A DNA stretch of 64,000 nt from a virus (lineage: Duplodnaviria; Heunggongvirae; Uroviricota; Caudoviricetes), in IMG/VR virus record IMGVR_UViG_3300042448_001193. One strand, written 5' to 3'. Each line of letters begins with the position of its first letter. Position 1 is the stretch's first letter. The position numbers and the translations under genes are program-made. This document shows, piece by piece, positions 44,096-53,303 of the stretch. The notes below the pieces were generated by a model. The model was not told the DNA's origin, searched no databases, and saw nothing but the letters and a program-made list of their open reading frames with translations.

Positions 44096-44808
44096 GGATA
44101 GTTTCCTTTCAAATGCTGTTGCATCGCATTATTACCGCGAATAAAGAATGAGTCCTGTACAGAGTCTGCGCGACTCGCCACCCTATAGTTTACAGTATAT
44201 TGACCATTCGTGTCAAATGTTTTCGACTTGGCCATCATAAATGCCGAAAGAATTCTATCAACTTCAGGTTGATCGTTAGGATGTCTAGCTCTACGATACC
44301 AATATGGAGCAAATTCTAGTGCGGCCATCTTCGGTATCATGAAACAGTTCACATCAACAAAATTGTCACCGATCACCGATTGCCACTTACCAAGTGATTC
44401 ACAGTCATCATTACAAATGTAGTTGCCATCCTGATCAACGATTTTGCGTAATGAGTATGCCCAATCATTACCTCTTGTGAGTTGGTTAACTAGCGATTCA
44501 ATGTGATTATCATCGTACCAATTGTCTTGGTCTAGAAAGCACAGGTATTCGCCCTCAGCAATAAATGTCATAGCACCATAGATACGATGACCATTGTATT
44601 GGCTATGACCTGTGTTATATGGTAATGTGAGTATACTAGCATATCGTGATCCGACAATGGAATCTAGTGCATTTTCATAATGCTCAACTCCATCAACAAC
44701 GATTAGATGCTGTATGTTCTTGTATGTTTGATTATCAACAGACCGAACTGCGTCAGCTAATTGAGCAGTTCCTGTTGTTGGTGTAATTACTGTGATCAAT
44801 GGGTTCAT
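44080..44808 (-). CDS. family-2 glycosyltransferase (ITVITPT ... DxD FLDQDNWY)
   Basis: GT-A N-terminal motif and DxD. Confidence 0.55.
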   Translation of the reverse strand: MNPLITVITPTTGTAQLADAVRSVDNQTYKNIQHLIVVDGVEHYENALDSIVGSRYASILTLPYNTGHSQYNGHRIYGAMTFIAEGEYLCFLDQDNWYDDNHIESLVNQLTRGNDWAYSLRKIVDQDGNYICNDDCESLGKWQSVIGDNFVDVNCFMIPKMAALEFAPYWYRRARHPNDQPEVDRILSAFMMAKSKTFDTNGQYTVNYRVASRADSVQDSFFIRGNNAMQQHLKGNYPWRKI

Positions 44809-44824
44809 AATATAATTGAGTTAG

Positions 44825-45130
44825 TTACTGACCTGGAGTATCTCGTTTGTATCGCTTGACTAGCAAGTCTGTGCCCTCTTGCCCTGCGCCAGCTGGTGGC
44901 AGAATGTCTGGATTAGGAGACTTCTTTTCTTCATGCACACTTTTATGTAGCTGAACTCCAGTGACTTTCTGGACCATATCCCAAGCATCCTTTGTTCGCT
45001 TGTTCTTCACATGATCATCAAATTTCTTTTTCTGTTCAGGTGTAGCTTTTTGCTTGAATTTGATAAGTTCCATAATGCCGATGTTACCAGCATAAGATGC
45101 TTCTTTCACCAGTTCTTTGAATGACTGCAT
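44825..45130 (-). CDS. small basic protein with CTS-like leader MQSFKELVKE|A
   Basis: start at ATG overlapping upstream stop (TAATG). Confidence 0.45.
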   Translation of the reverse strand: MQSFKELVKEASYAGNIGIMELIKFKQKATPEQKKKFDDHVKNKRTKDAWDMVQKVTGVQLHKSVHEEKKSPNPDILPPAGAGQEGTDLLVKRYKRDTPGQ

Positions 45131-46362
45131 TATTTGTCCCACGCTTTCTGTGCGGTGAAGTTTGCATGACTGAATTCAAGTCTATCAACCAACTTGACGG
45201 CATTACCTTTTAGTCGATCAACAGCAACAAAGCCTTCTGGATTCGTGACCTTAAATCCATCATCTGTACGTAAGAATGCACCAGTAACTTGACGCATCTG
45301 TTGTAACTTTTTGATAATGATATTCTTGGAATCAACGATCATATTCATGATATCAAAAATCTTAACAAGCTCGGCAAAGTTGCTTCGATAGAATCGCATG
45401 ATTTCATTCTTTTCAGCTTGACGCTTGAGTTTAGTGTCTTCTCTTTTAGCGGCAATAATCTCTTTGTTCAGCTTGTCTTCAATCCATTTCAACAGTCCTT
45501 TCGCATGTTCCGTTGTATCTTTGATGTGTTCACCGGAACGAACTTTCGTGTTGTTGTATGTTTTGATCTGAACATTGAATATCTCAGAGGTAGCAATACG
45601 ATTCAGGGTCATGCTACTGGTTCTTTGGAACAGGGATCCTGCTTGAGATAAAATAGCTGTGATTTCTTTAGTCTCTTTTTCGGTAAATGTGACTGTACCA
45701 GATGCGTCAACGAAATATGCATCACGGAACCAAACATCCTTAGTTGCTTTCATTCTACCAATATCGATGTTGAATGAAGACTTCAAATCTGCGATTGTCT
45801 TTCCTGTGTATGCCGTATGAAACACAATACCCATTTGTGCTGTCAACATGGACTTAGCTAGTGCAGAATCTTCAGGAACCGCATACACGATTGTGTTTGG
45901 TTGAAATGTCACATACTTGACACCATCAATCGTTGCTTTCTTGATATCACCTTTAGCAAACATCATGTCGCCTTGCAGAATGCCATCGATACCAATCTTA
46001 GGCAAGTATGCTAGTGCAACCTTCAGTTTCTTATTCAGGCCTTCACCTGGATGATTTCTGTCAATATCTTCATCGGTGTAGTTCAGCTTTGCATCTTTGT
46101 TGAAGATGCCTTTTGTGGCTACAAAGAACTTACCATTCTCTGGATTAGTGCCAGCAAATACAGCAGGTGCACCGTCCCATTTTGTGGTAATGTTTACCTT
46201 GCCGTCTGAATTGCCAGCAAGCATGTCTCTGAGTGATCGCAAAAAGTTGATTGCATCTCTCGTACCAGCTACACCGCGATTTAGAACTTCTTCCTCGATA
46301 TGCTCTAGGTGAACGTTCTTGCCTTCTTTTGAGGACTCTGTTAGGAATTCTTTGAATTTCAT
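45130..46362 (-). CDS. covalent nucleotidyltransferase (ligase/capping superfamily, KxDG motif TTKWDGAP) with CTS-like leader MKFKEFLTE|S; candidate packaged RNA/DNA ligase
   Basis: motif I KWDG plus downstream DGI/K-rich motifs; start set at TAATG overlap. Confidence 0.4.
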   Translation of the reverse strand: MKFKEFLTESSKEGKNVHLEHIEEEVLNRGVAGTRDAINFLRSLRDMLAGNSDGKVNITTKWDGAPAVFAGTNPENGKFFVATKGIFNKDAKLNYTDEDIDRNHPGEGLNKKLKVALAYLPKIGIDGILQGDMMFAKGDIKKATIDGVKYVTFQPNTIVYAVPEDSALAKSMLTAQMGIVFHTAYTGKTIADLKSSFNIDIGRMKATKDVWFRDAYFVDASGTVTFTEKETKEITAILSQAGSLFQRTSSMTLNRIATSEIFNVQIKTYNNTKVRSGEHIKDTTEHAKGLLKWIEDKLNKEIIAAKREDTKLKRQAEKNEIMRFYRSNFAELVKIFDIMNMIVDSKNIIIKKLQQMRQVTGAFLRTDDGFKVTNPEGFVAVDRLKGNAVKLVDRLEFSHANFTAQKAWDK

Positions 46363-47123
46363 TACGTAAAACACCCTAAACTTAAATCTTTTTTGATAAT
46401 TGTGACACTTTTGCCATCAACTGGAGCAATGTTGAATGGTGATTTTTTGCTTGATGGTATAGAAAATTGCATTTCAAAAGTGAACTGATAATTGCCGCTA
46501 CCTTTATATTGAACCCTGGCTCTATAAGTTGCTTTTGCAGAAGTACCGAAGCGAGGAACGTCTTTCAGCTTTAAGGGATTTTTTGAGCCCATTAAGTAGA
46601 AACCGTGAGTGCCAACATTTACATAGTAAGTATCTTTTTTGTTGTAATAATCTTCAATTTCTTTTGCACTAATCTCACCACGAATATCTTGAAAAGTATC
46701 TCTATCCCTTTCATATCTCTTTTGAGGAGATAGTTTACCTGCAGTGGCTTCCCATAATGGATCTTTATCTCTCTTGAAAGGAATTTCTTTCCACTCAGCT
46801 TTAAGTCTTTTGAATAATCCAACTTCTTCAGCTAGATTCTTAATAAAGAACTTTTCAGCATCATCTTCACTGACATTGCCAAATTTCCAGGGACTTTTTT
46901 TATCTTTCGCATCATATTTCAAAACAAGGGAACCAGCGGACGCTGCCGTGATTTTCAATTCACAACCAGCTTTGTCTTTCTTATGTTCAAGCATCAAATC
47001 TGGTTGATCATGTCCTGCTCCCGCTGGCTTAAAACTTTTAGGCACAAGACCCATAGGTTTCAAGACATTAGCGGCATTTATTTCGTATTGGAAGCCTTGT
47101 TGAGCGGCCATAAAAATCTCCAT
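46362..47123 (-). CDS. hypothetical protein (253 aa); possible PD-(D/E)xK-like motif QPDLMLEHK
   Basis: ORF; motif speculative. Confidence 0.4.
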   Translation of the reverse strand: MEIFMAAQQGFQYEINAANVLKPMGLVPKSFKPAGAGHDQPDLMLEHKKDKAGCELKITAASAGSLVLKYDAKDKKSPWKFGNVSEDDAEKFFIKNLAEEVGLFKRLKAEWKEIPFKRDKDPLWEATAGKLSPQKRYERDRDTFQDIRGEISAKEIEDYYNKKDTYYVNVGTHGFYLMGSKNPLKLKDVPRFGTSAKATYRARVQYKGSGNYQFTFEMQFSIPSSKKSPFNIAPVDGKSVTIIKKDLSLGCFT

Positions 47124-47134
47124 TTATTGGATAT

Positions 47135-48532
47135 TTATACACGAACACCTTCGAACTTTGAGTTGAATTTACGCTCACGATTACCAAAGGTATTGATAGG
47201 CTTGTCATCAACTTGACCAGAATCTATGATGTTCTGTGCAATATCCTCAACATCATACAGCCTCATCTTGGATTTGTCAACACCAATCACGAATTTCTTA
47301 TTCTCGTTAGGATCACTGTATCGATTCTTGAGTTGTTTCACCATGATTTGATTCAGTTGGTGCAATTCTTCTGTACTGATCAATGCGAACATAAAGTCAG
47401 CAGTTGCAGGCAAACCAAATGATTCTGAGGTATCTTCAAGGCCAACGTCTGAGTTGCTGAAACCACTTCGTGTTGTCTGTGTTGCAGAAACGATAGGCAC
47501 GTTGAATTCAACTGCAAGGCCGCGCAACTCTTCAGCAATAGCTTTGATGTATGTGTATGAGTTTACACTTGCACCCATCTTCATTCTAGAGGAACAGCAG
47601 ATGTTCAGATAGTCGATAAAGATGATCTTTGGTCGAAAGTTCTTTTTCAGGTGCAATTCGTTCAACAGTGAACGGAAGTGCATTGATCCAGCAGCCGCAG
47701 TTGGATACTCTTTGATGACTAACTTACCTTGTGCTTTGTTCTGAACAGCTTTGAATCTGCGAACATATTCATCTTTACTGATAACGTGGAGATCATTGAT
47801 TGCAATATTCAACAGATTCGCATCGATTCGTTCTGCAATCTTTTCCTCAGACATTTCCATGGTGATGTACAACACATCGGTGCCAGCCGAGATACAACCA
47901 GCAGCAACGTGACACATGAACAAACTCTTACCAACACCGGTACCAGCAAGTGCAATATTCAGTGTCTTGTTAGGCAAACCACCCTTGGTGATTTTGTTGA
48001 AGTAATCCAGATCAAACGGAACACGTTCTTCTTTCCTGTGATAGAATTCAAAACGACTTTCATAATCACTGATGTAGTCATGACCAACGTTCTGGTCAAA
48101 TGATACACCCAATGCATCAGCAAGAATCTTGGGAATCTCACCTTTGCCTTTGGTGCTTTTCTTATCATCAAGAATCGTTACAGATTCCATGATAGCATTG
48201 TAGATTGCTTTGTCCTGACAAAACTTTTCTGTCTGGTCAGTCAACCAATCAATGTTGGTTTCTTCATTACGTTGCTCATGAATTTCATTCAGTAACTCAA
48301 TGGCGCCACGAACCTGCTCTTCGGTATGATTCTTACCCTCAGTGAGATTAATAATCAATGCTTCATGTGTCGGCAAATTCTTGTATTTGTCCAGAAACTC
48401 ACGAACTTCATTGAATACAAGTTTCTCTACGTTATCAGAGAAGTATTCCTCTTGAATGAAAGGTATTGTTTTTCTGGTAAAGTCTTCATTATAAATCAGA
48501 CTCTTCAGAATAGATTTTTCTAGGCGATTCAA
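47135..48532 (-). CDS. gp41: replicative DnaB-family helicase (T4 gp41-like)
   Basis: Walker A GTGVGKS, RecA-like C-terminal domain, 465 aa. Confidence 0.8.
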   Translation of the reverse strand: MNRLEKSILKSLIYNEDFTRKTIPFIQEEYFSDNVEKLVFNEVREFLDKYKNLPTHEALIINLTEGKNHTEEQVRGAIELLNEIHEQRNEETNIDWLTDQTEKFCQDKAIYNAIMESVTILDDKKSTKGKGEIPKILADALGVSFDQNVGHDYISDYESRFEFYHRKEERVPFDLDYFNKITKGGLPNKTLNIALAGTGVGKSLFMCHVAAGCISAGTDVLYITMEMSEEKIAERIDANLLNIAINDLHVISKDEYVRRFKAVQNKAQGKLVIKEYPTAAAGSMHFRSLLNELHLKKNFRPKIIFIDYLNICCSSRMKMGASVNSYTYIKAIAEELRGLAVEFNVPIVSATQTTRSGFSNSDVGLEDTSESFGLPATADFMFALISTEELHQLNQIMVKQLKNRYSDPNENKKFVIGVDKSKMRLYDVEDIAQNIIDSGQVDDKPINTFGNRERKFNSKFEGVRV

Positions 48533-48857
48533 TTTGTGTTTCCGTTAAAATAATTTGAGAGAGGATGTCACCTATCATTGTAACAAATTCCTCACTATTT
48601 TCTAAGTCTTTTTTGTTGTGATTACCAGGTTTGACAACTTGATAACCAAACTTGAGTCTTGCGCCCATGCCAACTTCTTCTATGCTGGCATTAGTATAAT
48701 AATAAATGACACCCTCATACTCTGGTCGGAGTATGAGGATACCAGTCAAATCACTATCTTCAAAGTCGTGGAAGGAAAAGTCCTTCCCGACCTCAATTGA
48801 CTTCGGCGCTCTCCAGAACAGGAGTTTCTGCCAAAAGGCTTCCGTAAGCAATCCCAT
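48489..48857 (-). CDS. hypothetical protein (122 aa) in position of T4 gene 40
   Basis: synteny only. Confidence 0.4.
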   Translation of the reverse strand: MGLLTEAFWQKLLFWRAPKSIEVGKDFSFHDFEDSDLTGILILRPEYEGVIYYYTNASIEEVGMGARLKFGYQVVKPGNHNKKDLENSEEFVTMIGDILSQIILTETQIESPRKIYSEESDL

Positions 48858-49848
48858 ATTTACCTTTCACATAATCTTTGAATTTAGCATCAGCTAACAG
48901 TGGTTCCCAATACTCTGCATTATCCGTGTCTGCCAAACGCTTTTTATCACCTAATTCACCAGTCTCTTGGTCAACCTTTGCATACCATCCATTGCTTGGC
49001 TTCTGCACAAAGTTACCTTCAAGTGCAATATCCATCAAGCCTGAATATTTCTGAATACCACCCTCAAAAGTGACTAAGAAAGGAAATTTAGATTTTTCAC
49101 GGACGAATCTAGACTTTTCAATGTTGATAGTAAAATTATATCCTACCAAATCTGATCCTTCTTTCTCTTGCGCTTTACCGATAATGAATACCTGATTAGC
49201 GGAATACATTCCACCAGTGCCACCACTCATAACAGATTTGGAATACAATTCCATAGTTTGGTATGTGTGATTTACAGCAATACAAGGAATGTCTTTAGTT
49301 GTCAGATGCGGAGTAACAATTCTCCATAATGATTTCATCACACGGGCCCGAGTCATGTCAGCCACTGATTTACCATCAAGAGCATCTTCAACCTCTTTTT
49401 TGGATGCCAGGTTACCAACAGAATCTATAAAGATAACAACTTTATCGCCCCGCTCAAGTGCTTCAAGTCGCTTTGATAAATCAAACTTCAGGTGTTCAAG
49501 GTGTTCAATTGGTATATGTAACACCCGTTCAGTGTCTATACCATTGGTTTTGATATATTCTGGTGTGATTCCGAACTCAGAATCATAAAATAAACATATA
49601 GAATCCTTGTGATGATCCATATATGCTTTTACCATCACTAATCCCAAAAGCGACTTGAAGTGACGAGATGGACCAGCTAAAAAAGTTAGACCAGAACTTA
49701 GACCACCGTCAACTTCAGAAGATAGTGCGATGTTGATAATGGGAACACTTGTTGCGACACATTCTTTTTTATTGAAAAAAGAAGACTCACTTAGCAGTTC
49801 CGTATTTTTCAACGAATTGATTTTTTTCATTTTCTCAAGCAAACTCAT
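48793..49848 (-). CDS. uvsX: RecA-like recombinase UvsX
   Basis: extensive similarity to T4 UvsX (LAGPSRHFKS ... LFYDSEFGITPEY ... IFIDSVGNLASKKE). Confidence 0.9.
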   Translation of the reverse strand: MSLLEKMKKINSLKNTELLSESSFFNKKECVATSVPIINIALSSEVDGGLSSGLTFLAGPSRHFKSLLGLVMVKAYMDHHKDSICLFYDSEFGITPEYIKTNGIDTERVLHIPIEHLEHLKFDLSKRLEALERGDKVVIFIDSVGNLASKKEVEDALDGKSVADMTRARVMKSLWRIVTPHLTTKDIPCIAVNHTYQTMELYSKSVMSGGTGGMYSANQVFIIGKAQEKEGSDLVGYNFTINIEKSRFVREKSKFPFLVTFEGGIQKYSGLMDIALEGNFVQKPSNGWYAKVDQETGELGDKKRLADTDNAEYWEPLLADAKFKDYVKGKYGIAYGSLLAETPVLESAEVN

Positions 49849-49930
49849 ATTTACTCCGTTTCGTTTGTTATATTGTTGATTATTTTATAGAGGGAAACTA
49901 TCCCTCTTATCATTATTTATTGTCAGCACA

Positions 49931-52480
49931 TCAGCCAAAGAAGCTCTCAAGTGAATTTGTTTTCTCTGGCTTCCAATCAATGCAATCAAGAATGATTTTA
50001 ATTGGATCCAAATATGCTTTCTGGAATTGTACATCATAATCTACGTAGTTGTCAAGTCTAAACTCAGTAGGCAGTCTAGATGGATAAGAGATTACCGTAT
50101 CGTTGATTGGGTTCGGCTGACGTAGATATGTAAATTTCAGCTTTTCACCTTCTTGAATTACCTGATACTTTTTGGTCAGATCATGCTTTTTCAAAAGGTA
50201 ATTGTAGAGTAGCGCACCCTTGACATGAATTGGTGTACCCTTAGTATATATCTGGCTACTGTCTGAGTATGTGTTTAGACCATTCACAGAACGAGGAAAT
50301 GATATCTCTTCAGGCGGTAATTGACCAAACTCATTTCGGAATTCCTCAATGAATTTCTGCACAGTATCTTCATCAGTGGTAACAATCAACTTGATCGTTT
50401 GCTTCATCTTTTCACGGATAGCTGATGGAGTTGATGACTTGACCATTTCCAAACCCATAACTTTCATATGTGGTTCAGCATACTGGACACCTTCGTTGTT
50501 GTACACGTTCAGAATATATCGCTTCTTAGCAGTCCAGATACCTTTATCAGACAAGCCTTCACGCTTCATTTGCATCTTCTGTGCAAATGCTTTTACATAC
50601 GTAGCAAGGTCAAGATAAGACTTATCAATAAACGGTTGAATTTTATCTTCACATACACGGTCCATGAATTCGATGACTTTTGCTGGAGGTAGCGATAGTT
50701 TATCTGGCGCACCATACACCTTTGTAACAAGCTCATTAAGCCTGAGATATATCGAGTCCGTATCCGATGCAATAACATAATCAGTTCCATTCGTTTTCAG
50801 TAGGCTATTCATGTAGCCATTGAGTTTATTTTCAATCCAGCGAATCGACAACTGACCAGCAAGAGTAACGGCTAACGCAATTCTCAAGTCATAAAAACGG
50901 AAGTACTGTGAACCCATAGCACCATATGCAGAGTTCAATGAAACTTTCTTAGCAAGTTGCAGATTATTATATCTAGCAATTTTATTTTCCAATTCTGTGC
51001 GTTTAACAGGATCTTTTTCATTCTCGTATTCCTGTTGCGCACCCAACATCATCTTCTTGAATTTCTTACGATCATTGTACATGTCCTCAAGCATCTTAGG
51101 CACAAAGCCTTGGATATCTGTGCGAAAGAATTGTGCATTCGGCGTCAATGTAGCATTATCAAGATCAGCGAAATCAATCTCCTGATTCAACAGGCGTTCA
51201 ACGTCAACACTGGAAGATAAAATCTTGCGCATAGCAGGAGTATAATCTTTTGGATCAATCAGAGTTTCTGGCGAGATGTTGTATTGCATCATCAAATGCG
51301 GGTACAGCGAATTCAAGTCAAAAGATGCGACCCACTTATGTAGGCCAATCTGTGGTTCTTTGACATATGCACCCTCAAAAGCACCATCTTTCTTAGTGCT
51401 ACCTTTAGGAGGAACAATGATATTGCGTTCCAGTAGATAGTTGTGCATGATTGCATCCCACATGCGAGTCTGTGTGAATACATCTTCAAAATTAGACTTG
51501 GTATCAAACGCAAGAGTCAGCGACAACTCCAGCAACTTCAACTTGTCTTCAAGCTCTTCAATCAGCAAAACGTCAACGATGTTGTATTCAATGAACTTTT
51601 GATAGTTCATCTTATACAGTTGGTGCAGACTGTCAAATTCATCATATGACAGCTTGCTCTTACCCAACTCAACGTTGGCGATGTTGTCTAGACGATATGA
51701 CTCTTGTGACTTACCGCCTGGCGCAAACCATTTGTACAATTCAATGTAGTCCAGCGATGCAACACCTTTGATTTCATACGCGGTCATATCACGACCATTC
51801 ACAACAGCCTTACGCTCATGAATCATGTTCCATGGTGAAAGGCGCTTGGTTTGCTCTTCACCAAGAATCTTCATGAATCGGTTGTACAGATATGGAATAT
51901 CAAAGAACTTGGTGTTCCAACCAGTTATGATATCTGGGCAGTCATGAAACCAATCTTCAACGAATCTCTTACACAAATCATATTCATCACGACACTTTAG
52001 ATATGTGACGTTATCATTATAGTTGTTGAAATTACCGCAACCATACACTTTCATGTGCCCACCGATTCGCTTCACTGCGATAGCAGTGATAGGCTCATTG
52101 GCTTTATATGGATCAGGAAAACCATTCTCTGAGCCAACTTCAATATCGATGATATCAATAGCAATGTTTTCTTGCTTCCAATCGACCATACCCTTATGTT
52201 CGTCCGCAATAAATGCGTACTCATACTTGGTCATGCCAAAAATCTTGAAGTTCTGAACACCGTCATACTTTTCGATGAAATCTCGGCACTCACGAATGGA
52301 CCCAGGCTTGATTTCATCAAGGTACTCACCTTGAAGATTCTTCCATTGTGTTTGTTTATTGGTAGTCAAAAACAGTGACGGCGAGTAAGCAATTTTCATC
52401 TTTACTCGCCGCCCGTTTTCTACACCACGATAAAGAATATTGTTGCCAATACTGATTACGTTTGTGTAAAAGTTGCTCAT
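49931..52480 (-). CDS. gp43: family B DNA polymerase (T4 gp43-like) with 3'-5' exonuclease domain
   Basis: exo motif IDIEV, pol motif SDTDS, 849 aa. Confidence 0.9.
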   Translation of the reverse strand: MSNFYTNVISIGNNILYRGVENGRRVKMKIAYSPSLFLTTNKQTQWKNLQGEYLDEIKPGSIRECRDFIEKYDGVQNFKIFGMTKYEYAFIADEHKGMVDWKQENIAIDIIDIEVGSENGFPDPYKANEPITAIAVKRIGGHMKVYGCGNFNNYNDNVTYLKCRDEYDLCKRFVEDWFHDCPDIITGWNTKFFDIPYLYNRFMKILGEEQTKRLSPWNMIHERKAVVNGRDMTAYEIKGVASLDYIELYKWFAPGGKSQESYRLDNIANVELGKSKLSYDEFDSLHQLYKMNYQKFIEYNIVDVLLIEELEDKLKLLELSLTLAFDTKSNFEDVFTQTRMWDAIMHNYLLERNIIVPPKGSTKKDGAFEGAYVKEPQIGLHKWVASFDLNSLYPHLMMQYNISPETLIDPKDYTPAMRKILSSSVDVERLLNQEIDFADLDNATLTPNAQFFRTDIQGFVPKMLEDMYNDRKKFKKMMLGAQQEYENEKDPVKRTELENKIARYNNLQLAKKVSLNSAYGAMGSQYFRFYDLRIALAVTLAGQLSIRWIENKLNGYMNSLLKTNGTDYVIASDTDSIYLRLNELVTKVYGAPDKLSLPPAKVIEFMDRVCEDKIQPFIDKSYLDLATYVKAFAQKMQMKREGLSDKGIWTAKKRYILNVYNNEGVQYAEPHMKVMGLEMVKSSTPSAIREKMKQTIKLIVTTDEDTVQKFIEEFRNEFGQLPPEEISFPRSVNGLNTYSDSSQIYTKGTPIHVKGALLYNYLLKKHDLTKKYQVIQEGEKLKFTYLRQPNPINDTVISYPSRLPTEFRLDNYVDYDVQFQKAYLDPIKIILDCIDWKPEKTNSLESFFG

Positions 52481-52783
52481 TTAATATTTTGGAATTGTTG
52501 ATGCAATCTGGATGCCTGATCCGAACATTGTATTATACTGATTTTCTAGCTCACGCACAGGTGAATTGATGGTAAGAATGTCACTGCGATAGATTGTGAT
52601 GCCAGTTTCAAACTCTTGTGCATATTCTAGGTATGGAATAAATCCAAGCATTGGACCATCTTTGGTTACTTGAGTTGCGACTTGGACAGGCTTCTTGATA
52701 ACAATCAAGTCGCCAGCATACTCTTGCTCAACATCACCAAGAACCGTCTGATTGGTTTTGAAGGTAACAAGTTTCAATGTCAT
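52481..52783 (-). CDS. hypothetical protein (100 aa)
   Basis: ORF. Confidence 0.4.
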   Translation of the reverse strand: MTLKLVTFKTNQTVLGDVEQEYAGDLIVIKKPVQVATQVTKDGPMLGFIPYLEYAQEFETGITIYRSDILTINSPVRELENQYNTMFGSGIQIASTIPKY

Positions 52784-53079
52784 CGTGCTGGCTCCAGCAA
52801 CTTGTTGACATTAGCTTCACCGAAAAATGTTTTCAGTGTTACCCACTTCTTGGGAAACAACATTTCACGACCGCGGAAGTCATTGATGTTCAATGTTGGA
52901 TCATTGACCAGACCAACAAGCTCGACCATGTTGTCAAACTCACGCAGAAACAAGTCATACTTGTATGCTTGCAGATTATTTGCTACAGCCAATTTATAGG
53001 CTAGCTTCGATGTATCGATATTATTCAATTTCGATGTTACTCCATTGTTTAAGTTTTTCAAATTTATATTGTTTAGCAA
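52780..53079 (-). CDS. hypothetical protein (99 aa)
   Basis: ORF. Confidence 0.4.
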   Translation of the reverse strand: MLNNINLKNLNNGVTSKLNNIDTSKLAYKLAVANNLQAYKYDLFLREFDNMVELVGLVNDPTLNINDFRGREMLFPKKWVTLKTFFGEANVNKLLEPAR

Positions 53080-53299
53080 GCATTAGTCCTTTCCATTCTA
53101 CACCAACATCTTTTTTCACAAGCAAATCAATCATGGCTAACAGATCACCCAATTCTTCTTGGAGCATCTGGATATTCGTACAATCTTTACCAGGTTTTAT
53201 CTGGTCAGGACCGAAACGAAAGCACTTACTGATTGCTTGAGTTACCTCTGCACATTCTTCTTGGAGAATCAGCAGTATCTCTCTGGTATCTTCGTTCAT
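53021..53299 (-). CDS. MazG-like all-alpha NTP pyrophosphohydrolase (EECAEV ... EELGDLL)
   Basis: EExxE and EELGD motifs. Confidence 0.55.
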   Translation of the reverse strand: MNEDTREILLILQEECAEVTQAISKCFRFGPDQIKPGKDCTNIQMLQEELGDLLAMIDLLVKKDVGVEWKGLMLAKQYKFEKLKQWSNIEIE

Positions 53300-53303
53300 T
53301 ATA

